Shown here piece after piece: positions 48,241 through 59,714 of a DNA stretch of 64,000 bases. A program made the position numbers and the translations under genes. This DNA comes from Psammoneis japonica. Taxonomy: Eukaryota. Positions within the stretch are counted from its first letter, which is position 1, and every line of letters begins with the position of its first letter. The notes under the pieces are model-generated. The model was given only the letters and a program-made list of their open reading frames with translations, searched no databases and was not told the origin of the DNA. The stretch covers positions 496,001 to 560,000 of the forward strand of contig QPGO01000037.1 in NCBI GenBank assembly GCA_008632985.1, given 5' to 3'.

Positions 48241-49205
48241 GCAGGAAGGGAGAAGGTGTGAGCAGACACAAGAAGGAGGGCAGTTGGGGAGGGTGCACAA
48301 AATCGTGGCTGAAGCAAAACTTTTTGATGGGGGGCCATTGAGGGTGTCATGGGGGCCACAAGAAGGGTTGGAGAAAGAGAATGAGGAGATGGGGTCAGAG
48401 GCCGGAACACGACTGACAGTGCAGGGGTGATCGTGGAGGAGGGCATGCGATGAGGGGGAGAGGGAGAGGGAGAGGGAGGGCTGTTGGGGGTGTCAGAAAG
48501 GGGTGATGGAGTGGGGCTGTGTGGTTGTTTGTGGGGGGGTGGAAAGAGGAAGGATGGAAGGGGGGTGATGGTGAGAGAGGGGGGCAACAGTGGGGAAGGG
48601 GTCGCAGGAGCAGCGCACGGGTTGAGGACGATGAGGAAAATGGCGAAAACCGAAATGACGCGGAGGAGGTGCCACAAAGCGAAAGGCCCAAGGAGTGGTG
48701 GTGGGTCGGGAGGCCATTTCGGAAGGTGCAGCGAAGCGCTGCTTGACTGGGGAGTGAACCCCATCGGCGTTGTCAATGGGGCTTTCACAATCATCGTTGG
48801 ACGGCAGCTAAGTTGCACGCATGTTGATTGAAATGCCGACATCGGCGGGACGGAGAAGCGGGCGGCGGGTGGGGAGCAGGTTGGCAGGCTCGAGATGAAC
48901 GTCATTGGGGGAGCGACAGAACTCTGCAAGGGGTCAGGGAGGTCCCATATAAATAAAAAAATCGACGGACAAGTGATCTGAAAAATGTAGCGGAACAACA
49001 CGTAGAATTCTACACCCGTACATAAATAGGAACCACGATTCACACGACTCACCCGTGTCAGCAATTTTGAATCTTCACATCATGAACTCACATTTTAGAA
49101 AAAGCCTGGATGCGATTCCAGAGGAGTTCTCATTGTTATTTGCATCAACCACAACAACTCGAAAAAGACAATAGTCGACCACATATTGTGTCAACAGATC
49201 CATCT

Positions 49206-49553
49206 ATGGCTGACGACGACATCAAAACGGACGTTGAAAAGCAAGAGGAGGCAGCGCTTGAGCCGGAAGGCGTGGAGGACCAAACCAACGACGAAACGAC
49301 GGAAGAGAACAGTTTCAAGTCCAATTATTCATACCAGGCAAATTACTCCGCCTTTTCCCTCTACGCGTCATTTTGTGTTGCCTGTTTTTTGAGCTTTATG
49401 GCTTTCGGAAGCATCGTAAGTTTCTTTTGTTGTACAGAACAGATTTTCGAATGCTGGCATCTGTTGTTTATGGATGCGGCTACAACACAAGCAACCACTC
49501 ACAACTCACCTTTCGCTCGTCCGCAGGGCGCCAGTTTCAGCGTTTTCTCTATT
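49206..49553 (+). CDS. 5' part of a small membrane-protein gene (exons 49206-49415, 49527-49553); continuation not found
   Basis: MADDDIKTDVEKQEE... followed by a hydrophobic helix. GTAAG donor at 49416, CAG acceptor at 49526, second GTAAG at 49554. Confidence 0.45.
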
Positions 49554-50025
49554 GTAAGTTGAAAGAAAATTGTTGGAGGCAGTTGCGGAGTGCATTCCAA
49601 ACAGTGCCGACCAACGATATTTGAGTGCTAACACTGCGTTCATCTCCCTGTTTTGCTTTTAAAATTATACGAAAGGCATCCTTCTGTAGCTCCTTCTCCA
49701 TCGCCAGCTCCTTTTCCAACTTTGCCATTTGCTGCTCCAGAGAATCCTTCAAGATTTGTTGCTGAGTGGAACGAGTAATGGTGTTATTTGGACGCAAGAA
49801 GCGAATGCAACAAGGAGTGACATGCGAAAAATCAACACAGTAGAGGAAAGATACTCTCTGTGTATGTAGCGCAATCGTCATAAAATTTAGGATTTAGGCA
49901 TTAAAAGCAATCTATTTTACATAAACTCGACTGAACGCACAGTCTTTGTGGTGCCCCTGGATTGTTGCCGTAATAACTGAATTGAAATGACAACATTGCA
50001 TTGCTCTATACCGAGTACCGGTAGT

Positions 50026-50105
50026 GAGACTGGGTCGTGCCCGGCGGGTCGATCCGAACATGTTTATCGGGGAGACTGGGTCGTGCCCGGCGGGTCGATC
50101 CGAAC
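50026..50105 (+). repeat. Perfect 34-bp direct repeat, two copies with a 12-bp spacer
   Basis: gagactgggtcgtgcccggcgggtcgatccgaac at 50026-50059 and 50072-50105. Confidence 0.95.
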
Positions 50106-50303
50106 CCATCTCTGTTTTTTCGGACCCGGTACATCCAGTACATCTACTTTACCGGTACATATCGCGTAGAATTCTACGTAGAAAACCACGATTCACATGA
50201 AACACAGACGCACCAGAATGGCTTCTCCCATTTCTCGCTATTTTCGAGTTTCGATTATCACCCAAGATAGAGCCCGCCGCTTCCTTGCAGCTAACACACA
50301 GCG

Positions 50304-50678
50304 ATGGTGGATGCGTTGATTTATGTCGGAGGCGCCCTGACGCTAGTCTGGGGACTCGCCCACTTGATTCCGACCAAGAATGTTGTCAGAGACTTTGGTG
50401 AGATTGGTGACGACAACAAGAATATCATCACCATGGAGTGGATCAACGAGGGAATCACACTTATATTCTTTGGGGTGTACCCAATCGTAGTGACAACCAT
50501 TGATTCCTCCACTGATGAAAGCCGGGCAGTCTATGTTATTACAAGTATTGGACTATTCGTACTAGCTGTGATTTCCCTCTTCACCGGATTCAGAGTGAAC
50601 TTTCTCCCATTTCGACTCTGCCCGGTCATATTTACTCTATCGGCAATACTCATTCTCATTGGAGGACTTAACGAATGA
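50304..50678 (+). CDS. Small 4-TM membrane protein resembling a prokaryotic hypothetical family
   Basis: Intronless 124-aa ORF with WGLAHLIPTK.VV..FG.I..DN..IITMEWI.EG and ISLFTGFRV..LPFRLCP motifs, recalled from bacterial/archaeal hypothetical proteins. Confidence 0.8.
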   Translation: MVDALIYVGGALTLVWGLAHLIPTKNVVRDFGEIGDDNKNIITMEWINEGITLIFFGVYPIVVTTIDSSTDESRAVYVITSIGLFVLAVISLFTGFRVNFLPFRLCPVIFTLSAILILIGGLNE

Positions 50679-50940
50679 AAAAAAGGCCGATTCTTGCCGA
50701 AAAACGAGCACCGAACCACTGGAGATCAATCACTAGCTACGGGTATCAACCTGCGCTTGGCTCCTTGTCGCATTCCTTGTCTTTGACAAGTACACTACAT
50801 AATGGAATCCACTGTCCCCTCTTCGTCGTGTGATTTCAACATTGAGCACAACTCAACGGTATATGTCTAGTAGACACGAATTTTATAAGAAGTGTGATAC
50901 AACAAATTCTCACAGTACGAAAATAGATTCATCTATGAAT

Positions 50941-53900
50941 CTATTTCCTCCAGATTGTTCCATCCTCGTATTCGACTTCTAAGACTTTGCAGCCGGGCCC
51001 AGATTCAATCCCCTGCATGACGTGACGCTTGCAACCCTTTGTTACGGTGCTCGACTTCTTTTTTCCAGTTTGCTTTGCTTTGTGCGGATGATTCTTGCTC
51101 CTCCAGACTGTTCCATCAGCGTACTCGACTTCGAGGACTTTGTAGCCCCGCCCAGTCTTCTTCTTTCCAGTCTGCTTTGCTTGGTGCGGACTATTCTTGC
51201 TCTTCTTGGATTTGCTAGTAGGTAAACTACCTGGTGGCGACGCAAGCATGAGGGGGGCCACAGGTACGCTGTTCTTTCGCTGGTATCGAGCGAGTTTCTT
51301 CTTCATTTCGTTCGTCAGCATGTGGTCTCTGCATTGCTTGGGCGTTCTGGCTTGAACAAAACGTGCAGAAATGATTTCCCACTTGTGTAGTTCGTTCTTG
51401 TAATTCTCGAATCCTTCGAGCAAGAGAGATTCTTCCTGCTCTGTCCAAACGGTCGCAGTCACGATAGCGTTCGCGCCATTCGTACATGCATAAGTGACGC
51501 TTCGCTCGTTTGGACGTTGAAAGAGAGCCAGCTTATGCTTCATGGTCTGGGTGTTCATGCGCTCTTTGCACTGCGAGGGAGTTCGAGTTTGAACAAAATT
51601 CGCCGAAATCGTCTCCCACTTACGCACTCGGTGCTTGCATTCGTCAAAGCCCTCAAGCAAACGGGCGTCCTCTTGTTCAGTCCAAAAGTTGGTCTCTGGG
51701 GATTTCTCTCCCGAATGCCCTGAAAGAAACTCATGCCCTTCGCCGTCTGAGTACGGGCCCGCTTTCTGGGGAGGCTCGAGCCGCTATCAAAAGCATTTGC
51801 AGCCAAACTCGTGCTCGGCAAAGTACTCTCGACTGCCTGTTCCATCAAGCAATGAATCAAACTTCCACTCTCGCTCCTTGATACCGACTTTTCAGCTGCA
51901 AAAACCGCATTAGTGGTCGATCCCATGTTTGTCCATTGCGGTAAGCTTTGCTCCAGTCCTCCTCGTTCGCGCCTCCCCTCGAGTAGGGAAGAGGGAGTGA
52001 GAGACGCTAAAATTTCAGCAGTGGTGTTTACAAGACCAATGATGGAGGAAGAAGTTGGATTCGTGGGTTGATTAGCTTGCTGAATTGCTGGCACAGTTCC
52101 GTTGCTCCCTTGATGTTGAAAAGAACCGACTTTCTGCTTTATGGTTTTGGTGCGCATACGGTCTTTGCACTGCTTGGGTGTTCTTGTCTGGACCAAACTG
52201 GAGACTTTGTCCCAGCTCTCGATGTCGTCCTTGTATTTGTTGTAGCCTTCCAGTAAGAGGGCATCTTCGTGCTCGGTCCAAAGGCCTGTAATGTTAAGCG
52301 ATTTCTCGCCGGTAGAGGCCTTTTTTGCATCGGTAGTCGTGGAGAGTAGTGGCGATGCCAGAGAAGAAAACGCTGTGGCAGTAGTATCGGACTGCTGATT
52401 ATGTACCAGGGATGGAAAATCTCCGCTAGTCTCTGGAGGTTGCAACGAGGTTAGTTGAGTCTCGGAATGCTCTTGCGGTGTCAGGTCCATTTCCTCGCGA
52501 ACGCATTGAAAGAAAATAGAATCGTCTGCTGGAGGAGTACGTGCCCGTTTTCGTTTGGGACTTCTGACACTCTTCTTGCTTTCGTCCCTCGTCTTGCTGG
52601 AATCGAGCTTTCGCCGCATGGTTTGGGTGCGCGTGCGATCTTGGCACTGTTGGGGTGATTTTGACTGAACGTAGTGCTTCGAGATATTTGTCCAATTGTT
52701 CCCATAGCGATTGCACCCCTCAAGCAAGAGAGCATCTTCTTGCGCGGTCCAAGAAGTGGGGCACTTCCTCTTGCTACCACTGACTGCAGCAGAAGCTGAG
52801 AGCTCCTGCTGTGGTTCCTGTTCGTTCCGAAGGGCTTCTTCTTGATCCGTGCAGCGAGACGTTTGGAGGCTGTTTTGGGGTGCTTGGTCCTGCCTGTGAT
52901 CAATGCTGTTACCTTCAATCTCGCCCGCTTTTTCTGGACTATACTTAGGAGGCGACGAGTTGTCGGTGACGGGCACAGATGCAGCAGCAGCGTTTATTAC
53001 AATGGCTTCCTGATGCTCCAATCCCCTTGCGCTGCTCCCAACCATCTCACCCGGCGAGTCCGCGGGGTTACTGCGGAATCAATATCTACGGTCCGAATGC
53101 TTGTCGAGTTACTGCTGGTAGAGGAGACAGTGTTGAACTGTTGTGGTTGCTGCGGTGGTGGTGCAGGCGTGCAACTCTCAGTAATTTCCGACTGCTGCTC
53201 CAGCTCCTGCGGTGCCTGTTCCGTCTGACTCTTCAAAAAGGCAGAGACTTTCTCCTTCATTTTCTCGATCCTCATGTGCTCCTCGCATTGCTTTGCGGTT
53301 CTTGTTTGAACAAAGCTTGCCGAAATGGTTGGCCACTTCGGCCTTTTGTCCTTGCATTGGTATAGCCTTCGATCAAACGGCTTTCCTCTTCTTCGGTCCA
53401 ACGGCGAGACCTGGGCCTGCGTTCCGGTGCTTGGCCCTGTTTGTGCTCACTACCGTGAACGCTACTCTTGCCCGCTTGGTCAGGACTTTGATTGGAGGAG
53501 GACGACGGCTTGTCAGCGCCGGGTACGTGTACAGCACCATCATTTGATGATTCTTCTGAACGCCCCAATTCCTTCGTATTATTCCCAATGCTATCGTCGC
53601 GCAAGTCCGCCGTGGGAACTGCGGTATCTTTGTCTGCAGTCCGGGTGTTTGTCGAGCTACTGCTGGTAGAGGAGGAAACAGTCGGGGACTGTTGTTGCGG
53701 TTGTGGTGGTGCGGGCGTACGGGCCTCCTCAGAATTCGACTTCTTATCCTTCTGTGCCTGTTCGGCCAGGCTGGTCATAAAAAAAGAGAGCTTCTCCTTC
53801 ACTTGCTTGGACGACGACGAGTTGTCAGCTTCGGGTACGTATACAGCAGCTGCAATTGGTGCTGCTTCTGACTGCCCCAACCCCTTTGTGATATTCCCAA

Positions 53901-56900
53901 CGCTATCGCCGGGCAAGTCCGCAGCAGGAACTGCAATATCCTTGTCTGCAGTCCCGGTGTCTGCCGCACTACTGCTGGTAGAGGAGGAATGTGCAGGCGT
54001 AGAACTCTCAGCAGAAATCGATTGCCCTTCCTGAGGTACCTGTTCGGTCTGGCTGGACATGAAAGCAGAGAGCTTCTCCTTCATTCCCTTGGTCCTCATG
54101 TGTTCTTCGCATTGCTTTGCGGTTCTTGTTGGAACGAACAAAATCGAAACGGCTAACCACTTTGGCCTTTCATCCTTGCACTTGACATAACCCTCAAGCA
54201 ACTTGCTTTCCTCTAGGTCGGTCCAACGAGGCCTATTGGGCTTGCGAGGCCTCTTGGACTTGCTTTCCGATGCTCGGTCCTGTTTGCTGTCCATGCCTTG
54301 AACGTCACTAATACCCTCTTGGCATGAACTCTGCTCGGAAGACAAAGCGTTCTCAGCGGCAGGTACACTAGGAACTTTTGAACGTGCTTCTTCTTGCTCC
54401 GAACTCCCTACGGAATTGTCGATCATCTCCTCCGACATTGGGACTGCGGTGGATGGTGTAGAATGCCTGTTTGCCATCTGCATAGTTTCCAAGCCGGGCT
54501 GGATTTGTGCTGGTGACGTTGGAAGAGACTCGCAAGTTCCAGCCGTTTCGAGCTCTTGTTGCTGCGGTAAACTTTCGAACTGGTTCTGTCGAGATAAACT
54601 TGCGGGCTGCTCCTGCTGCAGTGGCACCCTTTCTGAACGATCCTGCAGCAGCAGCTGCTGCATCGGTGCGGTTTCGGACTGGCATTCCTGCTGCTGCTGC
54701 TGCTGCTGCTGCTGACCGCTTTCAGACGGATCTTGCTGCTGCGGTGCTTGTTCCAGCTGACTTGTTAGATAAGCAGCCAGTTTTTCTTTCATGCTTTTGC
54801 ACTGCATGTGTTTCTTGCATTGCGAAGCGGTTCTTGTTTGAACAAAACGAGACGAAATATTGGCCCACTTTGGTGTCACGTCCCTGCATGCAACATAACC
54901 CTCGAGCAGCTGGGCCTCCTCTTTAGCTGTCCAGTATCTAGTTGCTGGCCTGTTGTCTTCGGTAGGGGGGCGACTGTCATTGGTGATAGACGCTTCTGGT
55001 GGTGGTGCCTCGGGTCCTGCAGTTTCGCCATTGCTACTGCCTTGACCGTCGTTCGGAGTAACCGGCTGCGTACTCGTCTCATCAGACGATGACGAGTCGG
55101 TGATTGCTATAGCGGCTGACGAGTTCAGCTCTAGTTCGCGACTGTCGCTCTTGCCGTCGTGTGACAAATCATAAGTGGGAACAGCAGTACTCTGCAATAC
55201 TCCATCCACCACGTGTTGGTCCAATTCATTCCTCTCACTTTTCGAGGAGGACGAGCTGTCCCCAGCAATCCGCGCAGCAGTACTCGTGGCTGCTACCTCC
55301 GCCACGTGTTGCCCCAATAATCCTTCCTTAGCACTCTGCTTGGACGAGTCGCCATCCATGGGTGCAGTAGAAGGACTCTTGGTTGCTTCTGCCGTCGCGG
55401 GTATTTCCGATCCGTTCCTCATGTCCGCCGAGGACGAGGAGTCAGCAGTACTGGATACACTACTTTCGGTCGCACCCTCCACAACGCCTTGTTCCAATCC
55501 TTGTGTTTTCTCGTCTACAGGTAGCGAGTTGTGTTCCAACTGCTGCTCCGGTGCTGCTAGTGCGTTGTTGCTCGCAGTAAGCGGCTGATGAGCAGCGGAT
55601 GGAGAGGCCTTGTCGCTGTTGAGAATACTAGCAATTTCGGACGCTTCTTGTGCCGACGAAACTACAGCTGTAGCATTTTGGGACGCGTCTTGTGTTGCCG
55701 TAGATTCAGTAATTGCCGATGATTCTGCTGAACGACAGAGTTTTTCCAACCTTTCCTTGATACGCTTGGTCTTCATGTGAGCCATGCACGACGCCGCAGA
55801 GCGAGTCTTGACATAGTCTTTTGAAATCACTGCCCATTTGCGACGGTTATTGTTCTTGTGTACCTGGTATCCCTCAAGCAAGCGATCCTCCTCTTGGCTG
55901 GTCCACCAATGAACGACGCGTTTTGCAACAACACTCTGCTTTTCTTCGAGTGCTGCACCATCTTGTGGCTGATGAGTTGCTTCAGCATGGCCCATAGGTG
56001 TTGGACTCTTGCCTGGCAATGCGTCGTCCTTTCTTTGAGCTGCCGTATCTCCGGTTTCTTGCGTGACTTGCTGCTCAATCCGCGTCTCGGGTGACGTCGA
56101 GGCGGGTGCCGTGGATGCGTTCGCCGCGTCTTGCCCCTTGGTCGCCGTGGATACATTATTTGATTCACCACTGGTCATTGCGGCTCGTGACTGTTCCGGC
56201 GCACCTCTGTCGGTCCGTGACGTGTCATCCTTGGTGTATGTCTCGGCCTGTGCTATCGTTTCGGTCGCACCTGATGCAGTGCTTGATAACGACTTGTTCT
56301 CATTCACTACTACTGCTTCCTGCAGAACTCCTTGCCCGCTCCCCGCGATCACCTTGGAAGAAGAGCCTCCGGTTTCTGCGTCGAATCTTGTAGCAGGCAA
56401 TGACGAGTTGTCCTCGGCGGATGTTTCCATCACGTGCTGTCCTTTCGCTTTGGTCGCTGCGTTTGACAAAGAGCAAGTGGCTGCAGCAGTACTACTACTC
56501 TCGATGCTTGCTGCCTGCTGCTCCCTCGCACCTCTGTTGGGCAATGCCAACGGCACAGCGTTGACCTTGGGTGCTCCTGCTACTGCTTTCGTCTGTTGGT
56601 TCAATCCCTGACTTGTTGAGTCAGCGCGTACTTGTTGCTGTCCTTGTTCCAACCCTACCAACGCGTCGGATGTTTCTACCGCGCTTTCTGTTGCTGCAGT
56701 AGCAGTAGTAGGCAGAATGACTGCTTGTTCTTGCTGGACTGGACGACACGACGATGATGCATGACTAGATGACAATGCTGCCAGTTGATCCAATGATTCA
56801 AATCCGTCACGCCTCACTTGTGGTAGTGGAGGAGTGACTTGAGCAGCTGGAGGCTCTTTTCCCAGCACTTGTAAGGTAGGCGGTGACGGGGCTGAAGGCG

Positions 56901-57216
56901 GGAATGCCGAAACAAGAGCATTGCTGCTGCTCTGATAGTACTGCTGTAATCTTGACATGTTATTCCAAGCATGGTGACCGTGGTGATGTACTGCTTGTAA
57001 TGCTTGTTGTTCTTCTGCAATGGCTCGTTGTAACTGTTCGTCGGCGAGCCTTCTTGCTTGTTCTGCCGCGGCGCGGGCTTGAATCGCTCGATCGAGTCGT
57101 TGTTGTTCTGCTGCATGACTGTTGTTTTGACTCAGACGCAACAACTCGATACAACATTCTTGTTCATCGAGCAGTTGTCGACTGTTGGTATCGTCCGGTG
57201 ACGGCACCATGGTCAT
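50941..57216 (-). CDS. Large protein with eight dispersed Myb/SANT (TRF-like) domains; three apparent 1-bp frameshifts
   Basis: Eight copies of WT..E(E/D)..LLEG.....W..IS..V.TR(T/S)..QC..(H/R)M across ORFs 53272-57363, 52997-53401, 51555-53045 and 50941-51660, separated by Ser/Gln/Ala-rich linkers. Start inferred. Confidence 0.85.
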
Positions 57217-58469
57217 GGTGATGTGTGAAAATGCCTTTTTCTTGTGTGTGATGATGGGTGGTGGTGCGTGGCGTAAAAAAATGGCGAATGCAAGTGCCGC
57301 ACCGAGAGTGCCGCAGGCAGTCCCAAGTCTCTGAGTCTTCGTCATGCGCAGACAAAAACTCACGGCGCGCCAACATTTTCATCAGGGCAAGCGTTGACTT
57401 GACGCACTGCCACACTCACACTGGCCATGAGCACTCCGAACAGAAAGAGCCCAGATTCTAATGTTGAAAGTGCTGGAACTTTGCACGGGGACTTCGAAGC
57501 GTCGCCATCGAACGTTCTTTTCATTTTCTTTTGAAGAACATCAACAGCAAAATTGACAGACAGATTAAATGTGCCACAGTTTGATGCAGGGTGCCTCTGC
57601 TGCTGTTTGGTCGTCTTTTGTTCGATTTTTTCATCTCTGGGTTGCACAGTTGAGAGCCCACAAAGATGCCGCACCCTGGCCTTGGGGGTCATCAAGGAGC
57701 TGGCAGTCAACCCAACAACAATGTGTCACCCTGTGCACCCAGTTCCACTGCTGCACAGGGTGCTGCCCCCAAGCCCCACCAGCCCCACAGGCTGCTCCAC
57801 AAAAGCGCTTCCCCCCCCCCCAGCAACACAGAGCCACAGGTCATGCCCCTTTGAGCCCAGCCAGCAGCACCACAACAAGAGCTCCCAAGGGTGTCACAGC
57901 TGCACATGGCTCCAGGCTCACATGTTCCTTCAGCACTGCCACAAACACCCAGAATGAGCTTGGGCCCCTCTGCTGCACCTGTTGTCAAGACAAGAGGAGG
58001 TGACGATGTTGGGTTTTGCTGCCACAGGCTGCAAAGTGCCGCTGCTCTGTTCCACCTCATTCATTGCAAAATTTGCAGAACACATTGTGAGAGTGCAACA
58101 CAGATGAACCAACACAACCCATGGGAACGGCAACACGGACTTGCCAGTGCATCCGATGCCGCTGATTCTGGAGCAGGCAAGTTTGCAGCAGAAGTGCTGT
58201 TGCTCTCATCCACCTTGTTCATTGCTGAAAAGCACAGAGCACATTTGTGAGAGTGCGACACATGTGAACTAACATGAACAGCAACACACACTTGCCGGTG
58301 CATCGGTGCACCCGGCAACGCTGATTCTGGAGCAACGTGGACACAGGTGTGCAGTGTAAAACGTCAAGCACCCAGCTCCACCCCTGCAACTCAAAGAAAA
58401 CACACACAGAAAGAAAGCATGTGAGCAAGCAAAAAACATCTTAAGTGCCACAGAACACACTCACTAAGG

Positions 58470-58710
58470 TGGGTGTGGGAACAAGCACCACCCGCATGTG
58501 CACCACACTGTGCAAGGCGCTGCGTGAATGACAATGTCATGTGGCAATGACTGAGTTCACCCCGCACCTCCTGTGCTGCAGATGGTTCATCAATGACATG
58601 TTTAGAGCATGGACCAGGAACAGCAGAGAGACTTGGGAAGCCTTTGACAATGAGCCCAACAACTCAGGCAACCTCCAATGGGTTGCCTCCCCACTCTCTG
58701 CCTCCAACTT
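58470..58710 (+). mobile_element. Penelope-like element reverse transcriptase fragment
   Basis: VGTSTTRMCTTLC...E matches PLE MGT..A.MYATLY...E. LLCCRWFINDMFRAW...WEAF...NN.G.LQW matches LLYYRRFIDDMFGIW...W..F...LNNFG.L.W. Confidence 0.8.
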
Positions 58711-58721
58711 GAGTGCTGAAC

Positions 58722-58970
58722 ACATCAAAAACCAATGAAGCTCTTTTTGTGCATGCCTTTTTTGAAGAGTGTCATGTGTGGCAAAGAACTTTTCATGTGT
58801 GTGATTCTGAGAGCTGCAGGAACAAGCACCGCCTGCAGTCTTGCCAGATCTGGACACAGAAATTGGAGAAGACGGATGTGTTGTTGGCAAGCATGTCAAA
58901 AACCAATGAGCTTCTTTTTGTGCATGCCTTGTTTGAAGAGTGTCATTTGTGGCAACTTGTCATGATTCTG
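58722..58970. repeat. About 60-bp diverged direct repeat, period about 171 bp
   Basis: tcaaaaaccaatga...tctttttgtgcatgcctt.tttgaagagtgtcat.tgtggcaa at about 58725 and about 58896. Confidence 0.75.
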
Positions 58971-59714
58971 GATGCAAAACTCTGACATGCGCAATTGCAC
59001 CAATGCTGCAGAAAAGCAAATTTGTGACGTGAGTGCACACAACAACATGCCAGCAGCTCAGCATTCTGGACATGGCAGATTCGTGACAGCACACTCGCGA
59101 TCACGAAACTCAAGCTGCGCCCAAATCAAAACCTGTCTTGACCAACCAGAAGGACAGCAGGTTTTGCCATGCATTGAGCTGCTGTCATTGGCCAATGGGG
59201 TGAAGTCTTTCACCGCCACATGGCCGGTTGTCGATTTGCAGATTTGCCACCAAACGCAGAATCCACGTGAATCACAACAGCACATGCTCTCACCTTTTGA
59301 CTGGTGTGTCATTGTGAAGTGTGCAGAAAATTGCACACGTGAAAAAAAAACACTGAAAATGCCACAGACCAAGGGGCTGCAAAAATCTGAGAAGCATGAA
59401 GAGGAATTTAACATGGAGGGTGGGTCACGTGTGTGCGTGAAGTGGGCTGCACATGTGCAAACATGTGTGCGTGAGTTGAGGAGGGCCAAAGTGGAAACCA
59501 AGCTCAAATTGATGACCATCAAAAGGAAGCCAAACTGTGCATCACAAAACACAGATGTCAGCTCCAATTGAATTAAACATTGCATGCATTTGATTGAAGC
59601 TTGTGCAAGAAAAGATGATGAGACATCAGATGAAATGCAAAAAACAACTGCAATTTGTTGAGCACATTTTCAAATTTTGCTTGTCAACAATTTTGACAGC
59701 GCACATTTAAAAAA

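Larger units (their letters stand above)
40096..48826 (-). mobile_element. CRE-clade non-LTR retrotransposon B (ORF1, C2H2 zinc fingers, RT, CCHC knuckle, RLE endonuclease), inactivated
   Basis: ZF CPFEGC...LRMHLSSAH. RT KLRPISVG, QFGVGVKGG, LLLDLSSCFN, GFAQGCPLSP, SCIDDT, GIKLNTSKT, FLGRPIGS, LPISLG.IG. CPCG...D..F.C...K...IRD, HPANVG, LPFTFDHLGGIG. Confidence 0.9.
39385..48935 (-). mobile_element. CRE-like non-LTR fragment A (5'-truncated endonuclease end), in two pieces: 48827-48935 and 39385-40095
   Basis: Joining across the shared ATTG (48827-48830 and 40092-40095) gives in-frame FCRSPNDVHLEP...LLRPADVGIS/IPPPASLSAPSHHHYIAVDV...LLPFTVDHLGGLG, a paralogue of the element B endonuclease. 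Confidence 0.8.
37431..48993. mobile_element. DNA-transposon-like element with about 80-bp terminal inverted repeats; the right TIR is split by nested insertions
   Basis: 37431-37486 (ccgctacatttttcagttcacttgtccgtcgattttttta...gggacctccct) is the reverse complement of 48936-48993. The inner TIR part 37494-37510 (tgaaatctttcaatccg) pairs with 39356-39372. Own interior about 37510-39355 carries a degenerate minus-strand ORF. No TSD found. Confidence 0.8.

Noticed and set aside
43870..48341. Long Pro/Ser-rich and Gly/Val-rich ORFs (43870-46044, 45917-46987, 47205-48341 and others)
   Set aside because: Mostly alternative or antisense frames of the C-rich CRE element, opened by stop-codon loss.
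50026..50105. CRISPR array
   Set aside because: Only two repeats with a 12-bp spacer, no cas genes, eukaryotic context.
57217..57363. N-terminal extension of the Myb ORF to 57363
   Set aside because: It lies in the TA-depleted border where stops are lost; the ATG at 57216 or 57210 is more plausible.
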